From NCBI GenBank assembly GCA_021826315.1, contig JAKAZZ010000008.1, positions 3,452 to 67,451 on the forward strand: DNA of 64,000 nucleotides, in the 5' to 3' direction. The notes beneath the pieces were generated by a model. That model did no database searches and was not told where the DNA came from. It was given only the letters and a program-made list of their open reading frames with translations. The position numbers and the translations under genes were made by a program. This DNA comes from Actinomycetes bacterium. GTDB lineage: Bacteria > Actinomycetota > Acidimicrobiia > Acidimicrobiales > Acidimicrobiaceae. Shown here in pieces: positions 54,616 through 64,000 of this stretch (within the stretch, counting starts at the first letter, position 1; the number at the start of each line of letters is the position of its first letter).

Positions 54616-54632
54616 ATAAAGCAGAGGCACGT

Positions 54633-55397
54633 ATGGAAGATGAAACTCGGGTTATAGCGGTAGCGAATCAAAAAGGTGGGGTAGGGAAGACAACCACCTC
54701 AGTAAACCTTGCAGCTGCCTTAGCAGAAATGGGCCTTCGAGTCCTAGTGGTAGATCTTGACCCTCAGGGTAACGCAAGCACAGGACTAGGAATAGATATA
54801 CGCTCCATCGGCGTAACTGTATATGACGTACTCCTACACGATACGGCCATAGAAGACGCCATTGAGGCTACGGGAGTGAAGAACCTCTTCGTACTCCCAT
54901 CGAATATAGACCTCGCTGGTGCAGAGATCGAACTAGTCTCGGTACTAAGTCGCGAAACACGCTTGAAAAGAGCAGTTGACCAAATTAGGCCTGACTATGA
55001 CATCGTTATCATAGATTGCCCACCATCATTAGGGCTCCTCACAATCAACGCCCTAGTAGCAGCTAACGAGGTATTAGTACCGATACAGTGCGAGTATTAC
55101 GCCCTTGAAGGGCTAACGCAGCTATTCCGAAACGTAAAACTGGTCAAGAATAACCTCAACGAACGTCTCAATATATCGCATATCGTGCTAACCATGTACG
55201 ATTCGCGAACCAAACTCGCAGAACAGGTGGCAGCAGACGTAAAGGAACACTATCCCAAACTGGTCTGTCGCACATTCATACCTAGAAACGTGCGTCTTTC
55301 GGAAGCGCCATCTTACGGGCAACCGATAACTGTCTTCGATCCACTGTCAAGAGGCGCAGTAGCCTATCGCGAACTGGCCAAGGAGATACAGAATTGA
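54633..55397 (+). CDS. parA: chromosome partitioning ATPase ParA
   Basis: NQKGGVGKTT, DLDPQGNAS, DCPPSLG, QCEYYALEG. Confidence 0.97.
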   Translation: MEDETRVIAVANQKGGVGKTTTSVNLAAALAEMGLRVLVVDLDPQGNASTGLGIDIRSIGVTVYDVLLHDTAIEDAIEATGVKNLFVLPSNIDLAGAEIELVSVLSRETRLKRAVDQIRPDYDIVIIDCPPSLGLLTINALVAANEVLVPIQCEYYALEGLTQLFRNVKLVKNNLNERLNISHIVLTMYDSRTKLAEQVAADVKEHYPKLVCRTFIPRNVRLSEAPSYGQPITVFDPLSRGAVAYRELAKEIQN

Positions 55398-56278
55398 CAA
55401 CTAGAAGGACTGGATTGGGGCGAGGACTAGGCTCCTTGATTCCCCAAAATGAACTGCACGAATCTGAGAATAAGTACCGCGAACTACCGACTAACTCCAT
55501 ATCGCCTAATCCCAACCAACCTCGAAAAGCTTTCGATGAAGAGGCTCTCACATCACTTGCTGCCTCTATATCATCTATGGGCATAATACAGCCCATCATT
55601 GTGCAGGAGAACGAAGAAGGCAACTACACCATCATCGCCGGTGAGCGCAGGTGGAGAGCCGCCCGAAGAGTAGGGCTAGATCTAGTCCCAGCAATTGTCC
55701 AAAGTGGGGGAGCGCAGATCAACCTAGAGCAGGCCTTGGTTGAAAATCTGCATCGTGAGGACCTTAACCCGGTTGAAGAGGCGATGGCCTTTCAAAGCCT
55801 GATTGAAGAATACTCCTATACACACGAGAGCCTTGCTAAAAGAATCGGCAAGTCTCGAGCAGTCATATCGAACGCACTACGCCTCCTAACACTACCAACC
55901 GCCGTTCAAAGACTTCTGGTGGAAAAGAAGATAAGCCCAGGTCACGCTCGATTACTAATGACCATTTCCGACAGAAACGCACAAGAAACGATAGCAAGAG
56001 TCGTCTTCGAGCAAGATCTATCGGTAAGAGCACTCGAGGAGATGCTGAAGAACGAGGAACATGAAAGGAAGGGCGAAAAAGTCGCCACGTCCAAGAAGGC
56101 CAAACTCAAACCACCGGCAATCATAGAACTCGAACGGGTTCTTTATGACTACTTCGACTCTAAGGTTGAAATACAACTCACTAAAAAGAATGAACAGACG
56201 ACAGGTAAAATAGTCATCGCATTCGAGAATCTTGAAGACCTCAGACGGATAACAGAGCAGATGATCGAAGAACAGTAG
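55394..56278 (+). CDS. parB: chromosome partitioning protein ParB
   Basis: GLGRGLGSLI, NPNQPR, IAGERRWRA, ENLHREDLNPVEEA. Confidence 0.97.
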   Translation: MTTRRTGLGRGLGSLIPQNELHESENKYRELPTNSISPNPNQPRKAFDEEALTSLAASISSMGIIQPIIVQENEEGNYTIIAGERRWRAARRVGLDLVPAIVQSGGAQINLEQALVENLHREDLNPVEEAMAFQSLIEEYSYTHESLAKRIGKSRAVISNALRLLTLPTAVQRLLVEKKISPGHARLLMTISDRNAQETIARVVFEQDLSVRALEEMLKNEEHERKGEKVATSKKAKLKPPAIIELERVLYDYFDSKVEIQLTKKNEQTTGKIVIAFENLEDLRRITEQMIEEQ

Positions 56279-56905
56279 CTACCATACTGGCGCTTTTACA
56301 ATTTTCGCATAACCTCTCGGTGGGATCGTACTCGGTCCCACCTTCCTAATTAGGGCAAAGTTATCGCCATTCTCGGTTATCAGATCAACTGGAGCAAAAC
56401 CAAGGCGCTTAAGGCCTGTCGAGGGCCACCGACTCTCGTAATCATCGTGCGGAGAAGTCAACACCATAAACCCGCCGACCTCAAGAAGGGGAGCAGCCAA
56501 TTCAGCAAAGATAGATGTCCTAGAAAAACAGCGAGCAACCACTATGTCGAAACGGCTCTTACGGGGATTTAAGTCCTCGACTCGCTCATTCAGGACGTCA
56601 CACCGCTCTGCTAGATTGAGTACCCCGACGTACTTAGAAGCGAGATCAGCTCTCTTTCGCATGGCATCCACGAGTGTCACCTTATAGAGTGGATCGAGAT
56701 ACGAGATCAGAAGACCAGGAATACCGACCCCGCTTCCGAAGTCAGCTAGTCGGTAACTGGTTAAAGAAGAATAGCTTCGAATTACATTTCTGTAATTCGA
56801 AGCTATATCTAAGAGACGAACAAGAGAATCACTTCCGATACCCCCAATTGTAACACCCTCGTGGTACCAAGCTTCTAGAAGCGAATCAGGAACAAAAGGG
56901 GTCAA
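56279..56905 (-). CDS. rsmG: 16S rRNA m7G527 methyltransferase
   Basis: DFGSGVGIPG SAM motif, FDIVVAR; position after jag. Confidence 0.8.
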   Translation of the reverse strand: MTPFVPDSLLEAWYHEGVTIGGIGSDSLVRLLDIASNYRNVIRSYSSLTSYRLADFGSGVGIPGLLISYLDPLYKVTLVDAMRKRADLASKYVGVLNLAERCDVLNERVEDLNPRKSRFDIVVARCFSRTSIFAELAAPLLEVGGFMVLTSPHDDYESRWPSTGLKRLGFAPVDLITENGDNFALIRKVGPSTIPPRGYAKIVKAPVW

Positions 56906-56914
56906 AGTGAGTAA

Positions 56915-57796
56915 CTACGCTTCTGTGACTACGTTTTCCTCAACCTCAGCTACGGCAATAACAACTCGACGCTTAGGCTCACGACCCTCGGAACGTGTTG
57001 CAATACCTTCGAACTCGCTGAGGGCGTCGTGTACTACTTTACGATCTGCACTACTCATAGGATCCATAGCCTTTTGTACGCCTGTAGCCAGAACCTCTTC
57101 GGCAACCCTACGAGCAAAGCGCTCAAGGGCACTACGACGGCGATCACGGAAGTGATCGATATCTAGGTGCAACCTAGCATTAGCGCGCTTGAATCGGTTC
57201 TGAACGGCCGCACGGGTCAAATCCTGGACGGCAGACATTACTAGACCCTTTGGCCCAATCAAAAGACCGAGGTTAGCGTCGCCTGTTATCTGCACCGAAA
57301 TTGTATCGTCCTCGATGGACTCCACCGCAATCTGTCCCGGAACCTGAAACTCACGCATCAAACCAGCTAGGAACTCTTGTGCAGCACCAGCTTGTTCCAC
57401 AACAGATGCGGAATCTTCTTCTTCGACTACTTCTAAGGAAGTCTGATCTTTACTCATACGAGTACCCCCTCTTCGAGAACCCTCTTGGCGCTCGTTATTA
57501 GATTCAACTATGTTCGATTCATTGAGGGATGAATCACTTCCCGACGGTGTACGTGGACCTCCTGGACGCTGCTCCTTGCGACGACGATTACGGTTTCTTC
57601 CCGCATCCTTCGAGCGAGGAACTGACGGCTTGACGCGCGCCCTGATCCTTGCTTCACGCTTTGTCTTACCGAAGATACCAACCTTGGCATCTTCGACTAC
57701 TTCGAATTCGATCTCTGACCTGTCAACGCGCAACATATCTAGCGCACTGTCGATGGCCTCATCGACCGTACGCCCCGTAGTTTCAACCCATTCCAT
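56915..57796 (-). CDS. jag: Jag/EloR (KhpB) RNA-binding protein
   Basis: Jag-N (GRTVDEA), KH (LIGPKG), R3H (RKVVH). Confidence 0.93.
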   Translation of the reverse strand: MEWVETTGRTVDEAIDSALDMLRVDRSEIEFEVVEDAKVGIFGKTKREARIRARVKPSVPRSKDAGRNRNRRRKEQRPGGPRTPSGSDSSLNESNIVESNNERQEGSRRGGTRMSKDQTSLEVVEEEDSASVVEQAGAAQEFLAGLMREFQVPGQIAVESIEDDTISVQITGDANLGLLIGPKGLVMSAVQDLTRAAVQNRFKRANARLHLDIDHFRDRRRSALERFARRVAEEVLATGVQKAMDPMSSADRKVVHDALSEFEGIATRSEGREPKRRVVIAVAEVEENVVTEA

Positions 57797-57834
57797 AAAT
57801 AATCCCTAACAGCGGTAGTGAAGTAGACAGTCGA

Positions 57835-58806
57835 TTACTTCTTCTTTTTCTTGTTGTTGCTGCTATTGGATGCTGGTCTTCTACCTTGGGAACCTTTGCT
57901 CTGAGACGTAGAGCTATTGCGCTGTTGTTGATCCACGGAAGCCTCTCGGACACGATCCATGAACCCCTTCTTGGGGGGAGCGACGTACTTCCCCGACGCT
58001 TTCAGCTCTTTAATCTCGTTAGCCTTTTGCCTGGACTCTTCGGAGTGACTCCTTAGAAGTGGATCGCGGCGCCACATAAATTCCTGTTGGCCGATCCTGA
58101 AAAGTGAAGATACTACGAAGTACAAGTTGACACCTGCTGGAATTCCAATGTAGATAACACCGTAGATAAGTGGTGTGTACTTCATTATCGCAGCCTGTTG
58201 CGGGTTTGCACTCGCCGCTTGCGGGTTCTTCGAATATATCTGGTAGGTAGATACGAAAACTAATCCAATAGCAAGTAGAACGACAACGTAGTAGGGTAGT
58301 GCATTCGCAAATCCCTTGACGTGTGTCGCGGCCGTTCCTAAATCAATCCCTAACGAGTGCATCGAACCATTCGATTTAATAAGGTCTTTGTAGAGGGAAG
58401 TGGTGTGACCCACATATTTAGGAGCGGCTATCCCAGCGGCTGTTCGGTTAGTAAGACCACGTATGACGTCGTACATAACGAACAGAACTGGAAACTGGAG
58501 GAGCATTGGTAAACAGCCACTGACTGGACTTACCTTATTCTCCTTGAAAAGGCGATTCATCTCTTCGCTTTGCCGAACTCTATCGGACTTGTACTTGGTC
58601 TGAATCTCCTTCAATTCCGGCTGAATCTTTTGCATTGCGATCATTCGCCGGGTTGAAAGTGCGGTGAGCGGCCACAGAAAGGCCATAACCGTGATGGTCA
58701 AAAGAGCTATTGCGATCGCATAGTTGTGGACTAGGCCATAAAAAAATGCGATAAGGCCTGCAATCAGATAAAAGAGTGGCTTGAAAATATCGCCGATGAT
58801 CGTCAT
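57835..58806 (-). CDS. yidC: membrane protein insertase YidC
   Basis: [30 protein letters not shown]. Confidence 0.93.
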   Translation of the reverse strand: MTIIGDIFKPLFYLIAGLIAFFYGLVHNYAIAIALLTITVMAFLWPLTALSTRRMIAMQKIQPELKEIQTKYKSDRVRQSEEMNRLFKENKVSPVSGCLPMLLQFPVLFVMYDVIRGLTNRTAAGIAAPKYVGHTTSLYKDLIKSNGSMHSLGIDLGTAATHVKGFANALPYYVVVLLAIGLVFVSTYQIYSKNPQAASANPQQAAIMKYTPLIYGVIYIGIPAGVNLYFVVSSLFRIGQQEFMWRRDPLLRSHSEESRQKANEIKELKASGKYVAPPKKGFMDRVREASVDQQQRNSSTSQSKGSQGRRPASNSSNNKKKKK

Positions 58807-59060
58807 TTAGATTTAGCCTTTATGTCATCTAGCTCAGGAACCGGATCGTAACCTGAACCACCAAATGGGTTGCACCGCCCAATGCGGCGTATTGTGAGCC
58901 ATGATCCCTTGAGTGGACCGTGTAGTTCAATTGCCTCTACGCCGTACTCGGAGCACGACGGAAAGTATCTACAGACTGAGGGTCTACCGAAACGTATCTT
59001 TTGATAGATCCGTATTCCACCCACGAGCATCTTCTTCACTGAAATCCTTACTTCAGGCAA
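58803..59060 (-). CDS. yidD: membrane protein insertion efficiency factor YidD
   Basis: [24 protein letters not shown]. Confidence 0.95.
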   Translation of the reverse strand: MPEVRISVKKMLVGGIRIYQKIRFGRPSVCRYFPSCSEYGVEAIELHGPLKGSWLTIRRIGRCNPFGGSGYDPVPELDDIKAKSK

Positions 59061-59087
59061 AGGGGCATATCGAGTAATTTCGCACGC

Positions 59088-59420
59088 TTAGGTCAACTTC
59101 GCCTTCAAAAACGATTGATGATCGCTCAACACCTCAATGATATCCTTGAGCTCTATCGTAATAGAGGTAGCGCTGGCTGAAACCAGATAACTTCCACAGG
59201 CCAGCTCATCAGCACAGATACGAAAAGCTTCCCTAACCCTACGACGAAATTTGTTCCTCTTTACAGCGTTACCAGACTTTTTTGATACCGCTGTAGCGAA
59301 CTTTATCAGATCAGGTGGGGAAGGAGCATAAACAATCTGAAGGTTACTCTTTCTAAAACGTACACCTTGGTTTTTGAGAAGCTCGAATTCACCTCGCCGC
59401 GATAGCGACTTCGAAGTCAT
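59088..59420 (-). CDS. rnpA: ribonuclease P protein component
   Basis: VSKKSGNAVKRNKFRRRVRE (RNR motif). Confidence 0.92.
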   Translation of the reverse strand: MTSKSLSRRGEFELLKNQGVRFRKSNLQIVYAPSPPDLIKFATAVSKKSGNAVKRNKFRRRVREAFRICADELACGSYLVSASATSITIELKDIIEVLSDHQSFLKAKLT

Positions 59421-59555
59421 TTATGCACTTATACGAGTGCGGCCCTTGAGACGACGAGCCTTCAAGACTGCTCGACCAGCTCGATCGGACATACGGTGGC
59501 GGAAACCATGCTTCTTCGAACGCTTGCGGTTATTTGGTTGGAAAGTTCTCTTCAT
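59421..59555 (-). CDS. rpmH: 50S ribosomal protein L34
   Basis: Manual translation [44 protein letters not shown] (below the ORF-track cutoff). Confidence 0.97.
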   Translation of the reverse strand: MKRTFQPNNRKRSKKHGFRHRMSDRAGRAVLKARRLKGRTRISA

Positions 59556-59871
59556 AGCTCGTTTTTCCTACTTACAGTAATTAAATTCACCAAAGTGCGC
59601 AATTATGGCACACTAAACAGATATCAATAATAGTGATGATTGGGAAAAACAGAGCCAAATCGTCCTCTAACCCCGAAGACGCCGTCCAAATTGCTCTCTT
59701 TTTAGCACCATAAAGGCTGAACACTCCTAATAAATGTGGCACCACCAATCTTTACAGATTAAGGAAGAGCGATCTTCTAGACTCAGTAAACCAACAACTT
59801 ATGATTCAAAAGTAGCTGTCAACGAGTGGTACCGCTAGTAGTCTCATAGAACTTTAGCAAAGGTATTTCAA

Positions 59872-61266
59872 TTGAAAAACGCCGACGAGATATGGGAGAA
59901 GTGTCGCGACTACCTCTCAAGGGAGGTTGGCGGTTCCACCTGGTACGGATACCTAGCCCCTGCTCAAGCCGTTTCAACAGATGAACCCGAGATTTTACTC
60001 ATCAGCGTTGAATCTGAACTTTCCAAAGAGCGGATCATAGAACGCCACCTGATGTCTATCTATGAGGCACTCGACTCAATTGGAGCCAACGACGTTGAGG
60101 TAGATATCGTCGTTACAAATCAGCCAGAGGGACAATCAGTAGAGTCCCAAACTGAAGAGTCCGAGCTCCTCTTCGCTCCACGCAAGACAGAAGATCGACC
60201 GAAGACCTCACCCAATCCCGTGAGAACTAGCGATACAATGCTTGTAAACCGAACTCATACGTTTGAAGCCTTCGTAATCGGATCCTCAAATCGCTTCGCC
60301 CACGCCGCCGCACTTGCAGTAGCGGAGAGACCATCGAATAGTTACAATCCCCTATTCATTCACGGCCACGCCGGATTAGGTAAGACACACCTACTAAATG
60401 CAATAGCCAACTACATAGTTGAAAACTATCGCGACTTAACGGTTCGCTACGTTTCAACCGAGGCCTTCCTCAACGATTTCGTCGATTCGATACGCACCAA
60501 CCGCAAGACTGCTTTCAAGCGGAGATATCGAGAGTGTGACGTTCTGTTAATGGACGACATACAGTTCCTAGAGGGTAAAGAGGCACTCCAGGAGGAGTTC
60601 TTCCACACCTTCAACGATCTAAAATTAGCGGGTAGTCAAGTCGTTATCACCTCAGATCGACCTCCTAAAGCCATTTCAACCCTCGAAGAAAGGTTGCGAT
60701 CAAGGTTTCTTTCCGGGCTAATAACAGATATTCAGCCACCCGATATCGAAACTCGAATTGCAATCTTGCAGAAAAAGTCTGACGAGAGTCGAATCCCCAT
60801 CCCACCGGACGTTCTCTATTTCATTGCCGAGAATGTACGTGACAACATTCGAGTCCTAGAAGGTGCATTTACTCGTGTAACGGCACATGCGAACCTCACT
60901 GGAGAAGCTATCTCGATTGAGTTGGTTGGAAGGACGATTACCGACTTAATCAGCTCAAATGGAGACGTACCACTCACCGCCGAGCAGATAATTGATGTAG
61001 TATCGCAACATTATGGCTTCACAATCACCGAAATTAAGGGAGTATCGCGCAAGAAGCCTCTGGCCGAGGCACGTCAAATCGCAATGTACATCACCAGAGA
61101 GACCACCGATCTCAGCTTTCCTGCTATCGGTAACCAATTTGGTGGACGCGATCATACGACCGTGATGCACTCAGTGAAGCGCGTTGAGGAGCGTATGAGC
61201 GAAGACAGGGAGACCTTCAATACAGTCTCCCACCTGCTAACTAAGCTAAGAAGTCAACAAGTGTGA
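59872..61266 (+). CDS. dnaA: chromosomal replication initiator DnaA
   Basis: FVIGSSNRFAHAA, GLGKTHL, DDIQFL, GGRDHTTVMH. Confidence 0.98.
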   Translation: MKNADEIWEKCRDYLSREVGGSTWYGYLAPAQAVSTDEPEILLISVESELSKERIIERHLMSIYEALDSIGANDVEVDIVVTNQPEGQSVESQTEESELLFAPRKTEDRPKTSPNPVRTSDTMLVNRTHTFEAFVIGSSNRFAHAAALAVAERPSNSYNPLFIHGHAGLGKTHLLNAIANYIVENYRDLTVRYVSTEAFLNDFVDSIRTNRKTAFKRRYRECDVLLMDDIQFLEGKEALQEEFFHTFNDLKLAGSQVVITSDRPPKAISTLEERLRSRFLSGLITDIQPPDIETRIAILQKKSDESRIPIPPDVLYFIAENVRDNIRVLEGAFTRVTAHANLTGEAISIELVGRTITDLISSNGDVPLTAEQIIDVVSQHYGFTITEIKGVSRKKPLAEARQIAMYITRETTDLSFPAIGNQFGGRDHTTVMHSVKRVEERMSEDRETFNTVSHLLTKLRSQQV

Positions 61267-61490
61267 ACAAACCTGTGGATAAGTATGTGAACATTTATAG
61301 AACTTCTGTTGAAATATATGTAAAAGGTGTTAATCCTCTGAGAAAAATGACTAACGATGTTGATAACAAAAGGACTCTGTGGAAATAATATTGAAAACTC
61401 TGAACCTTCTAGAAGGAAACTCTCGACTTTTACACAGTTCACAGGTCCTACTACAACATCTACTTGTCTTGATAAATAAAAAGGAGTTAT
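61262..61490. other. replication origin oriC (dnaA-dnaN intergenic)
   Basis: DnaA boxes TGTGAACAA 61262, TGTGGATAA 61274, TGTGAACAT 61286; terminal boxes 61428-61443 + GGTCC + DnaA-trios TAC TAC AAC ATC TAC 61449-61463; AT-rich. Confidence 0.88.
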
Positions 61491-61493
61491 TAG

Positions 61494-62594
61494 TTGCGGT
61501 TTAGTTGCGAGCGAGATCTCTTAGCAAATAGTATCGGCACCGCTTCGCGTGCACTTGAGACAAGATCGTATGGAAATGGTGTACACCTAAATCTGAAGGC
61601 GGATAGTCTTACAATCTTTGCCCATGAAACCGATATGCTCATTGAAGTTCGGATCGAAGTTATCGGCCACGAAGACGGACGCTGTGTTGTCCCAACTCCT
61701 CTTACGCAAGATATGATTCGATCCCTACCTGAGGGTATCGTTGAAGTTGAAGTCGATGACATGTCGCTTACGATGCAATCTGGCAAGGCGAAAATTTCGG
61801 TCTACTTAGTAGCTGACTTCAACCCCGAATTTACCCGCGAAGATGGTGGTGACCCAGTTACTGTCCAAGCGGGTGACCTTCGCGAAGCACTAACTCAGGT
61901 CATTCGAGCATCTGCCAAGGGCGAGGCTCGTGACTTTGTCTACACCGGTGTCCTCTTTGCAGCAAATGAAGGTGAACTTCGACTGGTTGCAACTGATGGA
62001 ATTCGGATGGCGATTCGAGATCTAGCCGGAATAAGTCTCATATCTGGCGACGGAGAGGTTCTCCTACCCGCTCGTTCACTTAGTGAACTGGAGCGTATTC
62101 TCTCGGCTAAGTCAAAAGAGCACCTCAAGGTAATGATTGGAAAGCGTGAAGCCTCTTTTGAGGTGGGTGAATATCTCCTAGTAACCCGCATTATCGATGA
62201 AAAGTATCGTGACTACAAGCAAGTGATTCAACCCTCGTATCCAAGACGCCTTGTCGTCAAGAAGTCCGATATCATGGAGTCGCTTCGTCGCCTTAGGAGG
62301 ATGGCTCGGGAGAATCGAGAGCTCACGAACTTGAAGCTTGAGATTTCAGAGACTTCTGTAAAGCTCTCAGTGAACATTCCTCAAGTTGGTAATGCCACTG
62401 AGGAGATTGAAGCTACATACGTAGGTGAAGACGGAATCACCCTCGCATTTGATCCCGAGTTGTTGAATGAAGGCATCGACGCTGTTTCGACTGAGTACGC
62501 CGCAATCGATATCGTTGCTGCAAATAAGGCTGTTCGGATAGCAAACGCTGATAACTCAGATCTGATCTATCTTTTGATGCCGATCCGTCAGTAG
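61494..62594 (+). CDS. dnaN: DNA polymerase III beta sliding clamp
   Basis: LVATDGIRMA, C-terminal LLMPIR, position and length. Confidence 0.9.
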   Translation: MRFSCERDLLANSIGTASRALETRSYGNGVHLNLKADSLTIFAHETDMLIEVRIEVIGHEDGRCVVPTPLTQDMIRSLPEGIVEVEVDDMSLTMQSGKAKISVYLVADFNPEFTREDGGDPVTVQAGDLREALTQVIRASAKGEARDFVYTGVLFAANEGELRLVATDGIRMAIRDLAGISLISGDGEVLLPARSLSELERILSAKSKEHLKVMIGKREASFEVGEYLLVTRIIDEKYRDYKQVIQPSYPRRLVVKKSDIMESLRRLRRMARENRELTNLKLEISETSVKLSVNIPQVGNATEEIEATYVGEDGITLAFDPELLNEGIDAVSTEYAAIDIVAANKAVRIANADNSDLIYLLMPIRQ

Positions 62595-62625
62595 AGGGGA
62601 TTCGGTTCAACTGTTCGTCGATCAT

Positions 62626-63681
62626 TTGGAGGTCACCAACTTTAGGGTCATTGAGAGCCTTTCGTTTGAACCCCATAGCACCGGAGTAACTTCGATAGTC
62701 GGCAGTAATGGCCATGGAAAGACCTCGATTATCGAGGCTCTTTCCTTTGCTGTTACAGGAAAATCCTTTCGCTCGGCGCCGAAGGATTCGCTCATTAGAA
62801 GGGGATCGGACGAAGCACTCGTAAGGGCGCGCTTCATCTCCAATAGTGAGCGGGAGTTGTCCCTCGATACTTTGCTATCTCGAAGTGGTCAGGATCGCCT
62901 TCGCCTTAATTCCAATGCTTCTTCTCGGCGAGAAGTCTTTCGCACGATCCCCCTTACGGCATTTTCCGTAACAGATATTGAGATAGTTGCAAGTTCGCCC
63001 CAGTTGCGTCGCGACTATATGGATTCTGCGCTAGTTCTGCTGGGATTGAATGCGGCTGGATCTGTGGATAACTATGAAAAACTCTTGCGCCACAGAGCAT
63101 CCATCTTGCGGGGAATAGCGCGAAGTAATGACGGTGAATCATCTGAGTATTTAGATGTCTTTGATGAAAGTCTCGCGGCGGAAGGGGAGAGGGTCATAAA
63201 TTTCCGCCTCAATTTTCTCTCTAGAATCGAGTCATTTCTTGAGGAGATATATAGAGAGGTGGCGGGAACAGGTCACAGCGTGCGTCTGAGCTATTCTAGA
63301 AGTAGTGACGATTTGTATCGCGATCTAAAGCTGTGCCGTAGTGACGATATTCGAAAAGGCACGACCGGAGTTGGACCTCACAGAGACGATCTGTTGATTT
63401 ATCTGAATGGGTTGAACGCGAGGTTTGAAGCCTCTCAGGGAGAGCAGCGAACGTTGGCATTTGCTTTAAAGATGGCGTTACATAAGTTGATACTAGATCG
63501 GAGTGGCGACGCACCTATCCTGCTTCTCGATGACATCTTTTCTGAGTTAGACGAACTTCGAATTGCATCTCTTCTTGGCGGGTTCGACTCCACTCAGTGC
63601 ATCGTAACGACCAGTATCGACCATCAGTTACTGTCGTCCGTAGGTCCTGTATATCGGATTGAGAATGGATCTCTAAAGTGA
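62626..63681 (+). CDS. recF: DNA replication/repair protein RecF
   Basis: GSNGHGKTS, GPHRDDL, SQGEQR, LLDDIFSELD; true start may be slightly upstream. Confidence 0.93.
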   Translation: MEVTNFRVIESLSFEPHSTGVTSIVGSNGHGKTSIIEALSFAVTGKSFRSAPKDSLIRRGSDEALVRARFISNSERELSLDTLLSRSGQDRLRLNSNASSRREVFRTIPLTAFSVTDIEIVASSPQLRRDYMDSALVLLGLNAAGSVDNYEKLLRHRASILRGIARSNDGESSEYLDVFDESLAAEGERVINFRLNFLSRIESFLEEIYREVAGTGHSVRLSYSRSSDDLYRDLKLCRSDDIRKGTTGVGPHRDDLLIYLNGLNARFEASQGEQRTLAFALKMALHKLILDRSGDAPILLLDDIFSELDELRIASLLGGFDSTQCIVTTSIDHQLLSSVGPVYRIENGSLK

Positions 63682-63986
63682 ATAGATCTTTTCAACGAGA
63701 GCGTGGAGTTCACCGAATAGAAGACTCTATTCGAGTGATAAAGACCTTTATCGATAGTGATGATCTGGCAGCTGCGAATCTCTCAGTTGAGTGGTCTACA
63801 TTTGTAGACCGCAATATAGCCGAACATTCGAAACCTATAGGTGGAAAGGGCAACTATTTGATAGTTTGCGTCGACTCACCTTCGGCAAGAACTTACCTGA
63901 AAATGCAGAGCAGACAGATCCTCAAAAGACTGAATGATGCAGGTTATGGCTACTCTGAGTTGAAGGTAACTCAAGGTCGTCTTTAA
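63678..63986 (+). CDS. DUF721 / DciA-like protein
   Basis: W..FV...IAEHSKP....LIVCVDSP; conserved position after recF. Confidence 0.75.
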   Translation: MNRSFQRERGVHRIEDSIRVIKTFIDSDDLAAANLSVEWSTFVDRNIAEHSKPIGGKGNYLIVCVDSPSARTYLKMQSRQILKRLNDAGYGYSELKVTQGRL

Positions 63987-64000
63987 AGAATGAAGTTTAA

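Overview
Origin-of-replication region of an actinobacterial chromosome of moderate GC content. Gene order and proteins suggest class Acidimicrobiia, possibly an Acidithrix/Ferrimicrobium-like acidophile (inference). From left to right it contains: purB(partial)-purD-purA; the dnaK-grpE-dnaJ-hspR-clpB heat-shock cluster with a HAIR-like operator; gpmA; an EtfD/FadF-like Fe-S oxidoreductase; dcd and tRNA-Gly(CCC). An accessory stretch follows (about 14.5-21.7 kb) holding a YADD reverse-transcriptase remnant, orphan IS ends, a decayed ISL3, an orphan ORF, an IdeR-box-preceded Cmr-like regulator and a GC-rich GNAT/transposase insert. Next come metY-metX under a SAM-IV riboswitch, acnA, dnaB with a 156-aa mini-intein, rpsF-ssb-rpsR-rplI, panB, padR-ino1, cca, murJ, trxBA and a cwlM-like gene. 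The window ends with rsmG-jag-yidC-yidD-rnpA-rpmH / dnaA-oriC-dnaN-recF-DUF721. The most unusual arrangement is at 52.3-56.3 kb: a DnaA-box pair nearly identical to one in oriC, with sigmaA-like and sigma28-like promoter matches, sits in front of a PAS-GGDEF(AGDEF)/HDOD gene pair. That pair is co-oriented with parS-parA-parB, which is inverted relative to the usual actinobacterial orientation. All calls are by-eye motif recognition; no database searches were run.
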